A stretch of DNA of 64,000 nt, taken from contig MHSS01000008.1 in NCBI GenBank assembly GCA_001822835.1, forward strand, positions 9,039 through 73,038, given 5' to 3'. Shown here one piece after another: positions 26,871 to 35,736 of this stretch. The notes under the pieces were generated by a model, which was not told where the DNA came from, did not search any database, and was given only the letters and a program-made list of their open reading frames with translations. Source of the DNA: Candidatus Terrybacteria bacterium RIFCSPHIGHO2_01_FULL_48_17. GTDB taxonomy: Bacteria; Patescibacteriota; Minisyncoccia; Terrybacterales; 2-01-FULL-58-14. Made by a program: the position numbers and the translations under genes. Every line of letters begins with the position of its first letter. Position 1 is the first letter of the stretch.

Positions 26871-27899
26871 CTAGGATGATGATTTAGGAATTTTAAAGTT
26901 TTGTAATTCTTGCAAAATAGGAAGAATATCGCCGTTGAGTATCTTGGCAAGGTTGTGCCAGGATTTTTTTATACGATGATCGGTAACGCGATCTTGCGGG
27001 AAATTATATGTTCTGATTTTTTCCGCCCGTTCCCCAGAACCAATTTGCGTGCGGCGCGTATCGCCTCGTTGTTGAGAGCGCCGATCTGCTTCAAGCGCTG
27101 CAACCTTTGCGCGCAACATCTTCATTGCTTGTTCCCTGTTTGCTAACTGTGTTCGTGCGGTTTGCGAAGAGACCACAATATTTGTAGAAAAATGAGTAAT
27201 ACGCACCGCACTTTCTCTTCGATTCACAAATTGCCCGCCAGGGCCGGAAGCACGCATCGTATCTATGCGAATGTCTTGCGGCCGTATATTAATTTCTTTT
27301 TCTTCTGGCTCCGGTAATACCGCAATGGTAACCGTAGAGGTATGAATGCGTCCTGATTTTTCGGTAGATGGAATGCGCTGCACGCGATGTACGCCCGCCT
27401 CCGATAAAAGAAGAGAGGCAGCGGCTGTTCCGGCCACTGCAAGCGTAATGGATTTAACGCCTCCTAATTCCGTTAAGCTTTCATCGAGTACCGCCATCTC
27501 CCATTTTTGTTTTTGCGCAAACTGAAGATACATTCGGGTAAGATCATATGCAAAAAGCGCCGCCTCGTCTCCTCCAGTACCCGGTCGTATCTCAATAATA
27601 ATTCGCTCCTTCTTCCCCGCATTATTTGCGTAAGTTTGCTCTTGTTTTTGTATTTCCGCAAGCTCCTGCTCTGCAAGTAATCGGAGGTCAGGATCTTGCG
27701 ATTCTGCCAATATTTGAGACGCTTCTTGCTTTCTTTTTTTTAAGTCATGCTGCATCTCATAGGTGGCAATAGTTTCGGTAACTTCTTTGAACTGCTTCGA
27801 AAGTTCTCTTAATTTATCCGGTTGCGAAAGAAGTTCGGGGGAAACGAGCTTCTGGGACAATTCCTGTGCTTGTTTTTTAAGGTCGTCAAGCACACTCAT
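26871..27899 (-). CDS. prfA: peptide chain release factor 1
   Basis: GGQ motif GPGGQFVN, codon-recognition region RIPSTEKSGRIHTS (RF1-like), tail RAKVAAL. Confidence 0.9.
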   Translation of the reverse strand: MSVLDDLKKQAQELSQKLVSPELLSQPDKLRELSKQFKEVTETIATYEMQHDLKKRKQEASQILAESQDPDLRLLAEQELAEIQKQEQTYANNAGKKERIIIEIRPGTGGDEAALFAYDLTRMYLQFAQKQKWEMAVLDESLTELGGVKSITLAVAGTAAASLLLSEAGVHRVQRIPSTEKSGRIHTSTVTIAVLPEPEEKEINIRPQDIRIDTMRASGPGGQFVNRRESAVRITHFSTNIVVSSQTARTQLANREQAMKMLRAKVAALEADRRSQQRGDTRRTQIGSGERAEKIRTYNFPQDRVTDHRIKKSWHNLAKILNGDILPILQELQNFKIPKSSS

Positions 27900-28192
27900 G
27901 CGCTCTCAACACGCTTTGCCCTGCGTTCTTTGCGAACGACATCTTTTGTTTTACGTGTCTTTTTGCTCCCTCGCATTTGTGCAATTTTTTCTTGTGCTGC
28001 TGCACGTTCACGAAAACGATCAACCCGCCCAGCGGTATCTACAAGCTTTCCCTTGCCGGTATAAAAAGGATGACAATTCGCACATACCTCAAGCTCAATT
28101 TCTTTAAGCGTTGAGCCGATATTATATTCGGCGCCACAAACGCACGTCACTTTCGCATTCGGGTGATATTGCGGATGGATATTCTGTTTCAT
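27896..28192 (-). CDS. rpmE: 50S ribosomal protein L31 (Zn-ribbon type) with basic C-terminal extension
   Basis: MKQNIHPQYH...CVCG...CANCHPFYTG signature. Overlaps prfA by 4 nt. Confidence 0.85.
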   Translation of the reverse strand: MKQNIHPQYHPNAKVTCVCGAEYNIGSTLKEIELEVCANCHPFYTGKGKLVDTAGRVDRFRERAAAQEKIAQMRGSKKTRKTKDVVRKERRAKRVESA

Positions 28193-28235
28193 AATAATAA
28201 AGTATAACGCACATGCGTTGATAATGCAAATGGTA

Positions 28236-28257
28236 AACTCCGCCTAACAGGCGGAGT
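28236..28257 (-). terminator. hairpin ACTCCGCC-taaca-GGCGGAGT overlapping the stop of the upstream minus-strand gene; T-run on the plus-strand side
   Basis: Sits between the membrane-protein gene (stop at 28244-28246, in the loop) and the rpmE start. Confidence 0.5.
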
Positions 28258-29209
28258 TTTTGTCTTCTTCGTTTCTTTTGAAAACAACCTTCACCAATGG
28301 TTCTTCAAGGAGGTATCGAAATACCCCGCTTATCAACATAACAAGAAGAGTAATCGCATAAAAAGCGAAAAGTGCTGAAGGAATACGGACCAACATATTT
28401 GTTCCTGCAAAGACAACAAGCAGTGCCGCAAAGAACAAATAAACGCCGAAAGCAACTATGTGTCCCGGCCTTTTTTGCCGTACATTGGGACACAAGATAC
28501 TCAACATCACATTATGGCTGGCGTAACTGGCGAGAATAATGAGATACGACCAAGAAAGGTCTTCAGGGAATACGGCGCGCCCTCGCGCATCCTGCACCAA
28601 AACAGCCATAATGGTGATTGTGGAAACAACACACAAAAAGAGAAGCACGTTGTTGTGTGCGACACGAGGACGGTACGGCACGCTCACCAATTTTGCAATT
28701 GACGATGCCGCGAGAATCCCCACCGTAACATCGAGTACCACAAACATTTCTTTGGGATTAAGCTTAAATGTAATATCGTCCCACCCAAAGGGTAGAGGGG
28801 CTGTTATACGATAAGCGACAAGCGCGGGAATCAAAAGAGTAAGAGTTGCGACAGCCGCTCCGACATATTCTCCCAATCGCCAAATGCCAGCTTTTTGATA
28901 TCCGTCGTTGGTCTTGCTTTCTGCTTCAATGCGCACGCGGTGACGATGGAAAACGCTTTGCCATGTGCTATACACAATATCGCTTAAAACATATGCCGCG
29001 GCACAGGTAGGAAGCACAAAGACCGCAACAAATGCATTGCCGGTTGACGCAACCGTAATAAAATATGCGACAAGAACCGAAAGAACAATCATTCCCAAAA
29101 ATGCGACAGAGCCCACATCATTAGCCTGTGCTCTTGGGTGAATACCAAGAAACGCACGAAATCCCTGAAGACAGGAAGAAACAGACCGAGAGAACATTGA
29201 TCTCACCAC
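28244..29209 (-). CDS. hypothetical polytopic membrane protein (321 aa)
   Basis: About 8 TM helices; no motif recognised. Confidence 0.5.
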   Translation of the reverse strand: MVRSMFSRSVSSCLQGFRAFLGIHPRAQANDVGSVAFLGMIVLSVLVAYFITVASTGNAFVAVFVLPTCAAAYVLSDIVYSTWQSVFHRHRVRIEAESKTNDGYQKAGIWRLGEYVGAAVATLTLLIPALVAYRITAPLPFGWDDITFKLNPKEMFVVLDVTVGILAASSIAKLVSVPYRPRVAHNNVLLFLCVVSTITIMAVLVQDARGRAVFPEDLSWSYLIILASYASHNVMLSILCPNVRQKRPGHIVAFGVYLFFAALLVVFAGTNMLVRIPSALFAFYAITLLVMLISGVFRYLLEEPLVKVVFKRNEEDKNSAC

Positions 29210-29272
29210 CTCTTCTTTTGTTAAGGTTTTTTAATTATACCATGCCTTTCTACTTCACGCAAGAGCCATGTC

Positions 29273-29300
29273 TTGCATATTCATAGCGTTACGTTATAGT
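29273..29300 (+). promoter_or_regulatory. sigma70-like promoter TTGCAT-16 nt-TATAGT ending 9 nt upstream of the rpsB ATG
   Basis: ttgcat (29273-78), tatagt (29295-300), rpsB ATG at 29310. Confidence 0.45.
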
Positions 29301-29309
29301 ATTTATGGT

Positions 29310-30017
29310 ATGACTAAGGACATAGACAACATCGTACAAGAGCTTGTAAAAGCAGGGGCGCATATCGGGCATCGACCGTCATTTAGGCATCCTCGCATGA
29401 AACCCTTTATTTTTGGTGTGCGCGGCGCAGTTGAGCTTATCGATGTTCGAAAAACAGCAGAAGCGCTCCAAAAGGCAAAAGAGTTTGTTGAAGAGCTTGC
29501 GGCAAATCATAAGATTATTTTATTTGTGGGAACAAAACCCCAAATGCAAGAATTGACTAAAAATATTGCACGTGCCTGTGATATGCCTTATGTGATCAGA
29601 CGATGGCTGGGAGGAACTATTACTAATTTTGCGGTTGTCGCCAAACGCTTAGAAGCATTTCGGGGTTTGGAAAAATCGATAGCGAATCAGCAAGAGATGG
29701 AAAAATATACCAAAGCAGAACAGCTACGACTTCGCAGAAAATACGAACATCTGGAAGAAGAAATTGGTGGATTGAAAGAATTGCGAAAGCCACCAGATGC
29801 GCTTATCCTTGCTTCTCTTCATTCAGAGGCATTACCTGCAAAAGAAGCGCGTATGAGAAATATTCCCACAATCGCCATTGTAGATTCAAATACCGATCCA
29901 TCGCTTGTTGATTATCCTATTCCGGGAAACGATGACGCGCTTTCCGCACTTAACTATATATTCTCCCGATTGGCAGAAGGAATTACGGAAGGCCAAAAGA
30001 AACAAAAAACAAAATAA
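29310..30017 (+). CDS. rpsB: 30S ribosomal protein S2
   Basis: LVKAGAHIGHRPSFRHPRMKPFIFGVRGAVELIDVRKT N-terminal signature. Start at internal ATG 29310. Confidence 0.9.
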   Translation: MTKDIDNIVQELVKAGAHIGHRPSFRHPRMKPFIFGVRGAVELIDVRKTAEALQKAKEFVEELAANHKIILFVGTKPQMQELTKNIARACDMPYVIRRWLGGTITNFAVVAKRLEAFRGLEKSIANQQEMEKYTKAEQLRLRRKYEHLEEEIGGLKELRKPPDALILASLHSEALPAKEARMRNIPTIAIVDSNTDPSLVDYPIPGNDDALSALNYIFSRLAEGITEGQKKQKTK

Positions 30018-30039
30018 TAATTACTTGTTCCTTATTTTT

Positions 30040-30627
30040 ATGAATATTGCCTTGGTTAAAGAATTACGGGCGCGTACCCAAGCATCACTAAGCGATTGTC
30101 AAAGGACACTGCAAGAAGCAGGGGGTGACCTTGAAAAAGCGATAAAATTACTTCGAACCCGTGGGAAGACGATTGCTGCACAAAAAATGGGAAGAACCGC
30201 ATCTTCCGGAATTATTGAAGCATACATACATGGCACAGGCGCCTTGGGGGTGCTTGTAGAACTGCGTACGGAAACTGACTTCGTGGCTCGTTCAGAACAA
30301 TTTAAAGCGCTGGCCCACGATCTTGCGTTACATATTGCAGCAGCAGCGCCGCACTATATGCACCGCGAAGATATCCCGCGAGAAATTATTGATGAAGAAA
30401 AGAAAATAATCGCACAAGAATTTGAAAAGTCGGGAAAATCTTCACAGGTTATTGAAAAAATAGCTGAAGGAAAAATAGCAGCGCTTGCCAAAGAAATTGT
30501 GCTTATGGAACAAGAGTTCGTAAAAAATCCCGACCAAACAGTGTCAGAAGTTATTGCTGAAGCTGTTGGTAAATTTGGAGAAAAAATCGAGATAGGGCGC
30601 TTCGCACGAATAGCAGTAGGGGAGTAA
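30040..30627 (+). CDS. tsf: elongation factor Ts (short form, 195 aa)
   Basis: N-terminal UBA-like ALVKELRARTQASLSDCQRTLQEAGGDLEKAIKLLRTRG and dimerisation core. Lies downstream of rpsB in the conserved rpsB-tsf order. Confidence 0.85.
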   Translation: MNIALVKELRARTQASLSDCQRTLQEAGGDLEKAIKLLRTRGKTIAAQKMGRTASSGIIEAYIHGTGALGVLVELRTETDFVARSEQFKALAHDLALHIAAAAPHYMHREDIPREIIDEEKKIIAQEFEKSGKSSQVIEKIAEGKIAALAKEIVLMEQEFVKNPDQTVSEVIAEAVGKFGEKIEIGRFARIAVGE

Positions 30628-30628
30628 T

Positions 30629-31165
30629 ATGTTTGTGATTCTTTTTGGGATATTTTGCCTCCTTTTTGGAATCTCCTTGGTTTTGGTCGTGCTTATTAGA
30701 AAATTGCCTGTTCTGGGAGAATTTAGCGCACCTTCTCCAAAGGTCAAGCTTACGATACCCAAAATAATACCATTAAAAATAGATTTCCGAGCAGCACAAC
30801 GTCGATCATTCGGGGCCCTTGAAATTGCCATGCAGGGTTTGCGAACTGCGCTCTTTGCGTTCTTGCGTATAAGTGACCGTCTTCTGCGTCTCGCGCAAAA
30901 AAAAGCGGGAAAGAAGAATGTGGAAATGCTCCCACAATTTCTGTTTCGCACGAAAAGAAGAAAAGCATATCTTGAAGAAGAAAAAAAGTTACTTGAATGG
31001 ATTGAAAATCACCACGACGATGTTGCGGCATACAAACGCCTAGGGAATCTTTATAGTGTTGCCGGAAATATTGATGAGGCACGGACTGCATTTCAACAGG
31101 CCCTCAAGCTTGCGCCCGACGATGACGAAATAAAACGCCGATTGGATGAGCTTGCAAGTTTATAG
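30629..31165 (+). CDS. membrane-anchored TPR-repeat protein (178 aa)
   Basis: N-terminal TM helix plus C-terminal TPR-like YKRLGNLYSVAGNIDEARTAFQQALKLAPDDDE. Confidence 0.5.
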   Translation: MFVILFGIFCLLFGISLVLVVLIRKLPVLGEFSAPSPKVKLTIPKIIPLKIDFRAAQRRSFGALEIAMQGLRTALFAFLRISDRLLRLAQKKAGKKNVEMLPQFLFRTKRRKAYLEEEKKLLEWIENHHDDVAAYKRLGNLYSVAGNIDEARTAFQQALKLAPDDDEIKRRLDELASL

Positions 31166-31174
31166 CTCATTATA

Positions 31175-31260
31175 GGCGCCAGGATAGCTCAGCGGCCCAG
31201 CACTAGAACAAGTTCGGTGCTGGATAAATGCCGCAGCGGTTTTGTCTGTCCGCCCTCGCC
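31175..31260 (+). other. GC-rich structured element A (hairpin CCAGCAC-TAGAACAAGTTCG-GTGCTGG at 31197-31223 inside an extended helix GCGGC...GCCGC); unidentified ncRNA candidate
   Basis: Not foldable as a canonical tRNA despite a D-arm-like ATAGCTCAGCGG. Related in inverted orientation to element B. Confidence 0.4.
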
Positions 31261-31263
31261 CAA

Positions 31264-31335
31264 GCCTGAGTAGCTCAATGGTAGAGCAACGCTTTTGTAA
31301 AGCGTAGATTGTCGGTTCGAGTCCGACCTCAGGCT
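31264..31335 (+). tRNA. tRNA-Thr (anticodon UGU)
   Basis: Acceptor GCCTGAG/CTCAGGC, D-arm GCTC-AATGGTA-GAGC, anticodon arm ACGCT-TTTGTAA-AGCGT, T-arm GTCGG-TTCGAGT-CCGAC, discriminator T. Confidence 0.85.
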
Positions 31336-31490
31336 CTCAGGCTCAGGCGTAGGTAGGCGGGTAAACCGCAGGTCGTGGGTTTTCCCGATTTGGCCCGCGA
31401 GCGCGAATCGTTATGAAGCGTGAGCGGCTGCCAGTCGCAATCCCGTACCGAACTTGTTCTGGTACGGGACGAATCCCGCTCCTGGCTTTT
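31336..31490 (+). other. GC-rich structured element B between tRNA-Thr and tRNA-Tyr (hairpin CCCGTACC-GAACTTGTTCT-GGTACGGG at 31442-31468, CGGGA-cgaa-TCCCG tetraloop hairpin, several short GC helices); unidentified ncRNA, tRNA remnant or MITE-like repeat
   Basis: 155 nt of much higher GC than the genome. The 5' GCGGGTA and 3' ATCCCGCTCC ends weakly resemble the acceptor halves of tRNA-Gly, but no D/T arms are recognisable. Confidence 0.35.
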
Positions 31491-31574
31491 GCTGGGGTAC
31501 CGAAGCGGCCAAACGGGTGTGGCTGTAAACCACATGGCTTTATGCCTTCGGGGGTTCGAATCCCTCCCCCAGCA
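31491..31574 (+). tRNA. tRNA-Tyr (anticodon GUA, long variable arm)
   Basis: GCTGGGG acceptor; D-loop AGCGGCCAAA; anticodon arm TGTGG-CTGTAAA-CCACA; variable arm TGGCTTTATGCC; T-arm GGTTCGAATCC; CCCCAGC + A. Closely parallels E. coli tRNA-Tyr. Confidence 0.85.
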
Positions 31575-31765
31575 CAATCGCTCGTTCTGCGTCGCAAGTT
31601 TTTACGCCTTTATAGATAATTTTATTTCTGATCCCACTGCCAATCCGATGAAAACTTGCGTCACGAACTCGTTGAAAAATATAACGCAACGACCACGATT
31701 AATACCTTGACTCCTGTTATACTAAGTGATACAAAAAATAATAGTACGAGGAAAGGAGAAAAATG

Positions 31766-31983
31766 TGGATACCGAAGCAAAGCTGACTTTCGGAGAGCTT
31801 AAAGTAGGCGATAGATTCATCGCATTCCCGCTTCCGGGGGATAACAAAGGCCATGGCGGATACAAAGGAATCCATTACATTTGCCAGAAAAAACAAAAAC
31901 TGATATTGTTAAATTACGTTACGCTGTGTTCTGGCGTTGAAGGTCATATGCCAGAGAACGCACCGGTAATAAAAGTCAGATAA
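31766..31983 (+). CDS. small hypothetical protein (about 72 aa, GTG start with AGGAAAGGAG RBS)
   Basis: The only clear Shine-Dalgarno in the window (aggaaaggag) lies 6 nt upstream of GTG 31766. Sequence ...KVGDRFIAFPLPGDNKGHGGYKGIHYICQKK.... Confidence 0.5.
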
Positions 31984-32052
31984 CCGCCCAAAAAAGCGGT
32001 TTTTCTTTACGGTTATTGCAAAATAACCAATTCCGTCTATGCTAAAATAAGA

Positions 32053-33477
32053 ATGAAAAGAGAAGATTTTAAGGGCAAAAAAGTGCTGGTAATGGGTTTA
32101 GGGACACACGGCGGGGGAGCAGGAACCGCACGTTTTTTAAGCGATAGTGGGGCAAAGGTCACTGTAACTGATCTTAAATCCGAAAAAGACCTCGGGGAAC
32201 CGCTCAATGAACTTCGCGGATTATCTATCCATTATGTGTTGAATGGACATCATGAAGATGATTTTAAAAACACCGATCTTATTATAAGAAACCCCGGTGT
32301 TCCCGTGCATTCGCCGTATCTTGCAATTGCCCAAAAACAATCGGTACCTATTGAAACGGATGGTTCCTTATTCTTAAAACTTTGCCCTTCGTTCACTATT
32401 GGTATTACGGGCACCAAAGGAAAGTCAACCACTACTGCCCTTACTACGGCGATGTTACGAAAAGGAGGAGTTGATGCAAAAGCATGTGGCCTTCCTGGAA
32501 CCTCATTATTAGAAGCACTAGAAGACCTTAAAGGAAAAAGCGTTGCGGTTGCAGAGCTTTCTTCATGGCAGCTTGAAGGTATTACGCATGAAGGAAAGGG
32601 GCCTCGCGTGGCAGTAATTACCAACGTATTTGCAGATCATCTCAAAGATTATCCTTCGTTTGAGGCATATCGCGAAGCAAAATCTCGCATTCTGTTATAT
32701 CAAAACAGAAAAGATGTTGCTGTATTGAACCTTGATGATCCGAATACGCCCGTACTCTTAAAAAAAATAAGGGGCGAATGTTCATTCTTTTCTGGTATAT
32801 CGTGTGAAAAAATGACTGGACAGAAAGGCATATGCATTAGTCATGATAATATTTTCTTCGAAGACGGAGGTCAGGAACATATGTTTTCTTTTATACAATC
32901 AGAATTATCTCTTCGTGGACCGCACAACATTTCAAATATTGCCGCAGCGCTTTGTGCTATTTTTTCTGCAACACGACATTCGCAGTGGGAGAACGTCCCT
33001 TTCGATCCATCTGCTTATCAAAGAGCAATAAAAGTTTTTCCTGGATTGGAAGGAAGATTAGAATTTATTGGAATGAAAGAAGGCGTTACCTATATCAACG
33101 ATACTGCTGCCACAAATCCTGGAGCTGTTGAAGCAGCATTAAAATCTATACCACAAGACACAAAAATTATATTGATCTGCGGAGGGCAAGATAAAGGATT
33201 AGAATATCACAAACTCGCAGAACGTATAATGCAGCGGGTAAAATATGTGATTTTCCTTGGAGGCACGGCCACAGAAAAGTTGTACGCGGCTTTGCAAAAA
33301 TTAAATTTTATTCGTACATCCCAGGTTTTTTCTGATATGCAGTCGGCCGTTCAAGCAGCGAAACAACTTGCTGAAAGGGGAGACATTATATTGCTCTCTC
33401 CAGGCGCTGCTTCCTTTAATCTTTTTGCAGATGAATTCGCTCGGGGTAGAGCTTTTAAAAATGCCGTCGGCTTATGA
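32053..33477 (+). CDS. murD: UDP-N-acetylmuramoyl-L-alanine--D-glutamate ligase
   Basis: N-terminal Rossmann VLVMGLGTHGGGAGTARFL, P-loop GITGTKGKSTTTAL, Mur ligase C-terminal domain. Confidence 0.9.
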   Translation: MKREDFKGKKVLVMGLGTHGGGAGTARFLSDSGAKVTVTDLKSEKDLGEPLNELRGLSIHYVLNGHHEDDFKNTDLIIRNPGVPVHSPYLAIAQKQSVPIETDGSLFLKLCPSFTIGITGTKGKSTTTALTTAMLRKGGVDAKACGLPGTSLLEALEDLKGKSVAVAELSSWQLEGITHEGKGPRVAVITNVFADHLKDYPSFEAYREAKSRILLYQNRKDVAVLNLDDPNTPVLLKKIRGECSFFSGISCEKMTGQKGICISHDNIFFEDGGQEHMFSFIQSELSLRGPHNISNIAAALCAIFSATRHSQWENVPFDPSAYQRAIKVFPGLEGRLEFIGMKEGVTYINDTAATNPGAVEAALKSIPQDTKIILICGGQDKGLEYHKLAERIMQRVKYVIFLGGTATEKLYAALQKLNFIRTSQVFSDMQSAVQAAKQLAERGDIILLSPGAASFNLFADEFARGRAFKNAVGL

Positions 33478-34610
33478 CCCGCAAAACACAAAAAATCCCT
33501 GCCGATCCAGATAAACCACTTCTGGTTACTATTCTTATTTTAACCATCTTCGGCTTAGTGATATTGGCAAGCGCTTCTTCTGCAATTTCACAAGTTGAAC
33601 ATGGTAATCCTTATTATTTTGTAAGCCGACAAATTGCACTGGGTATCGGCGGAGGTATTCTTTTGGGCGGTCTTTTGTTCATCCTGCCGCATCAACTCTT
33701 AAAAACCCTTGCAATACCAGGTCTTATGGGGGCACTTGCCGCAATGCTTGCGGTATTCATTCCAGGAATTGGCCTTGGATCGGGAGGAGCGCATCGCTGG
33801 ATCGGTCTTGGTCCAATTACGGTTCAACCGGCAGAAATTCTTAAAATTGCCGTGGTCATATATCTTGCGGCGTGGTTTACCCAGAGGAAAGATTCCACCA
33901 TCTCTTTCCGTGAAGGATATCTTCCTTTTCTTGGTATCGTAGGGCTAGTTGGGTTTTTTTTGATATTGCAACCGGATATCTCAAGTTTAGGTGTAATCGC
34001 TTTTACGGCCCTTGCGATGTATTTTGCCGCTGGTGCACGTATCCATTATGTCGCCACAACGGTAATGATGGGAATGGGAGCACTGCTTCTGCTCATACGT
34101 ATTGCGCCATATCGCGTAAACCGCATTCTTGCGTTCCTTAATCCAGGTAGTGACCCATTGGGCATCGGTTGGCAGGTAAACCAGGCAATGCTTGCTATTG
34201 GTTCGGGGGGATTATTTGGAAGGGGATTGGGATTCTCGCGCGAGAAACTTTTTTGGTTACCAGAAGCATTTGGGGATACAATCTTTGCGGTGCTTTCTGA
34301 AGAACTTGGTTTTATTGGAGGTATAACAGTTATAGGCCTTTTTATTTTTCTTGGATGGCGAGGACTGCGAATCGCACGTTCGTTAAAGGATCCCTTCTTA
34401 AGTAATCTTGCTTTTGGGCTCACGTTCCTTATACTTATTCAGGCATTTTTAAATATTAGTGGAGTTGTTGCCTTATTGCCGCTTATGGGTATTACGCTTC
34501 CGTTTTTCAGTTACGGATCCTCTTCCCTGGCGATAACCATTGGAGCTGCGATGCTGCTTCTTTCGCTTTCTCGCGCAACGCACAAAAATTTAATTCCTAC
34601 GCAAAAATAG
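33474..34610 (+). CDS. ftsW: FtsW/RodA/SpoVE-family peptidoglycan glycosyltransferase
   Basis: 10-TM SEDS profile, conserved GSGGAHRWIGLGPITVQPAE and LPEAFGDTIFAVLSEELGFIGG loops. Confidence 0.9.
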   Translation: MTRKTQKIPADPDKPLLVTILILTIFGLVILASASSAISQVEHGNPYYFVSRQIALGIGGGILLGGLLFILPHQLLKTLAIPGLMGALAAMLAVFIPGIGLGSGGAHRWIGLGPITVQPAEILKIAVVIYLAAWFTQRKDSTISFREGYLPFLGIVGLVGFFLILQPDISSLGVIAFTALAMYFAAGARIHYVATTVMMGMGALLLLIRIAPYRVNRILAFLNPGSDPLGIGWQVNQAMLAIGSGGLFGRGLGFSREKLFWLPEAFGDTIFAVLSEELGFIGGITVIGLFIFLGWRGLRIARSLKDPFLSNLAFGLTFLILIQAFLNISGVVALLPLMGITLPFFSYGSSSLAITIGAAMLLLSLSRATHKNLIPTQK

Positions 34611-34623
34611 TAGGATTTATTGT

Positions 34624-35736
34624 ATGCGTATTCTCTTTACGGGGGGGGGGACTGGAGGTCACATCTTTCCCATTCTCGCTATTTTCCGTTCGCTTAAAAA
34701 TCGATTGCCTAAAGAAACTGAATACTATTTTGTTGGACCAAAAACAGATGGTTTAGAAACGCTTACGCAAGAAGGAATTCGCGTATATGCCATCATCGCT
34801 GGAAAGTTGCCAAGGTATATTACAGCTCGAATTGTTGTAGAACTTATAAAAATCCCCACAGGTATGGTTTTGGCAATTATAGCATTATGGCGTACCATGC
34901 CCGACATTGTTTTTGGCAAGGGTGGTTATGGAACTGTACCAATAGTACTTGCTGCCCGCTTATTTGGTATTCCGGTCATAATCCATGAATCGGATGCTAT
35001 CCCAGGGGTCGCAACAAGAATCGCTGCGCGTTTTGCGAGTGCGATTGCGATTTCGTTTACAGATACCCTTGCGTGGTTTCCGAAAGCCCGCATTACCGGC
35101 AATCCAGTTCGCGTTACGATCAAGCAAGGATCCCGTCCCCAAGCTCAAGCCCGATGGCACATAGCGCTTGGTGAAGTTATTTTGGTTCTTGGGGGAAGTC
35201 AAGGTGCCTGGCAATTAAATCAGACGATATTGGAGGCAGCGCCAACGTTGCTAGAAAAAACAGAAATCATCCTTCAATGCGGCGCAAAAACACATCATAC
35301 TACCCTTGAGCTTGCACGACGCATCTTGCAGAAAACGCCGCACCTTGCCACCTTACTTCATATCGACAAATTTCTTGACGAAAAAGAACTTGCAGATGCA
35401 TATGCTATTTCTTCATTGGTTGTCTCTCGCGCAGGATCGGGTACATTATACGAAAATGCGCTTGCGGCAAAACCAATGCTCCTTATACCCCTTGAAAGTG
35501 CAGCAGCGAATCACCAAAAGGTCAATGCAGCTATTTTTGCAAAAGCAGGAGGGGCGGAAATCATAACGCAAGAGAATCTTGCACCTCATCTTTTTTCAAA
35601 AAAAATCCTTACGTTATTGCAAAACAGACCAAAACTTCACCAAATGTCCCAAATTGTACAACATCTTGCCCTCCCAAATGCTGCTGATGACGTGGCTTCT
35701 ATGATCATTGAAAACATTCCGAAAGCACTATCATGA
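34624..35736 (+). CDS. murG: undecaprenyldiphospho-muramoylpentapeptide beta-N-acetylglucosaminyltransferase
   Basis: ILFTGGGTGGHIFPILAI G-loop and GT-B C-terminal domain. A G10 homopolymer lies at 34641-34650 inside the GGGTGG codons. Confidence 0.9.
   Translation: MRILFTGGGTGGHIFPILAIFRSLKNRLPKETEYYFVGPKTDGLETLTQEGIRVYAIIAGKLPRYITARIVVELIKIPTGMVLAIIALWRTMPDIVFGKGGYGTVPIVLAARLFGIPVIIHESDAIPGVATRIAARFASAIAISFTDTLAWFPKARITGNPVRVTIKQGSRPQAQARWHIALGEVILVLGGSQGAWQLNQTILEAAPTLLEKTEIILQCGAKTHHTTLELARRILQKTPHLATLLHIDKFLDEKELADAYAISSLVVSRAGSGTLYENALAAKPMLLIPLESAAANHQKVNAAIFAKAGGAEIITQENLAPHLFSKKILTLLQNRPKLHQMSQIVQHLALPNAADDVASMIIENIPKALS

Noticed and set aside
31175-31260. Element A as a tRNA, SRP RNA, RNase P RNA or tmRNA
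   Set aside because: Despite ATAGCTCAGCGG resembling a D-arm, no cloverleaf with acceptor/T-arm could be folded. The SRP domain IV (GGAAGCAGCC), RNase P P4 (AGGAAAGUCCGG / ACAGAA) and tmRNA T-arm/CCA signatures are absent. Identity is left open.
31329-31710. ORFs of 82-96 aa on both strands across 31329-31710
   Set aside because: They overlap tRNA-Thr, tRNA-Tyr and the GC-rich structured elements. They are open frames created by GC-rich RNA genes, not proteins.
31680-31730. TTGACT ... TATACT promoter-like words before the small ORF at 31766
   Set aside because: Spacing between the hexamers is about 5 nt, incompatible with sigma70 geometry.
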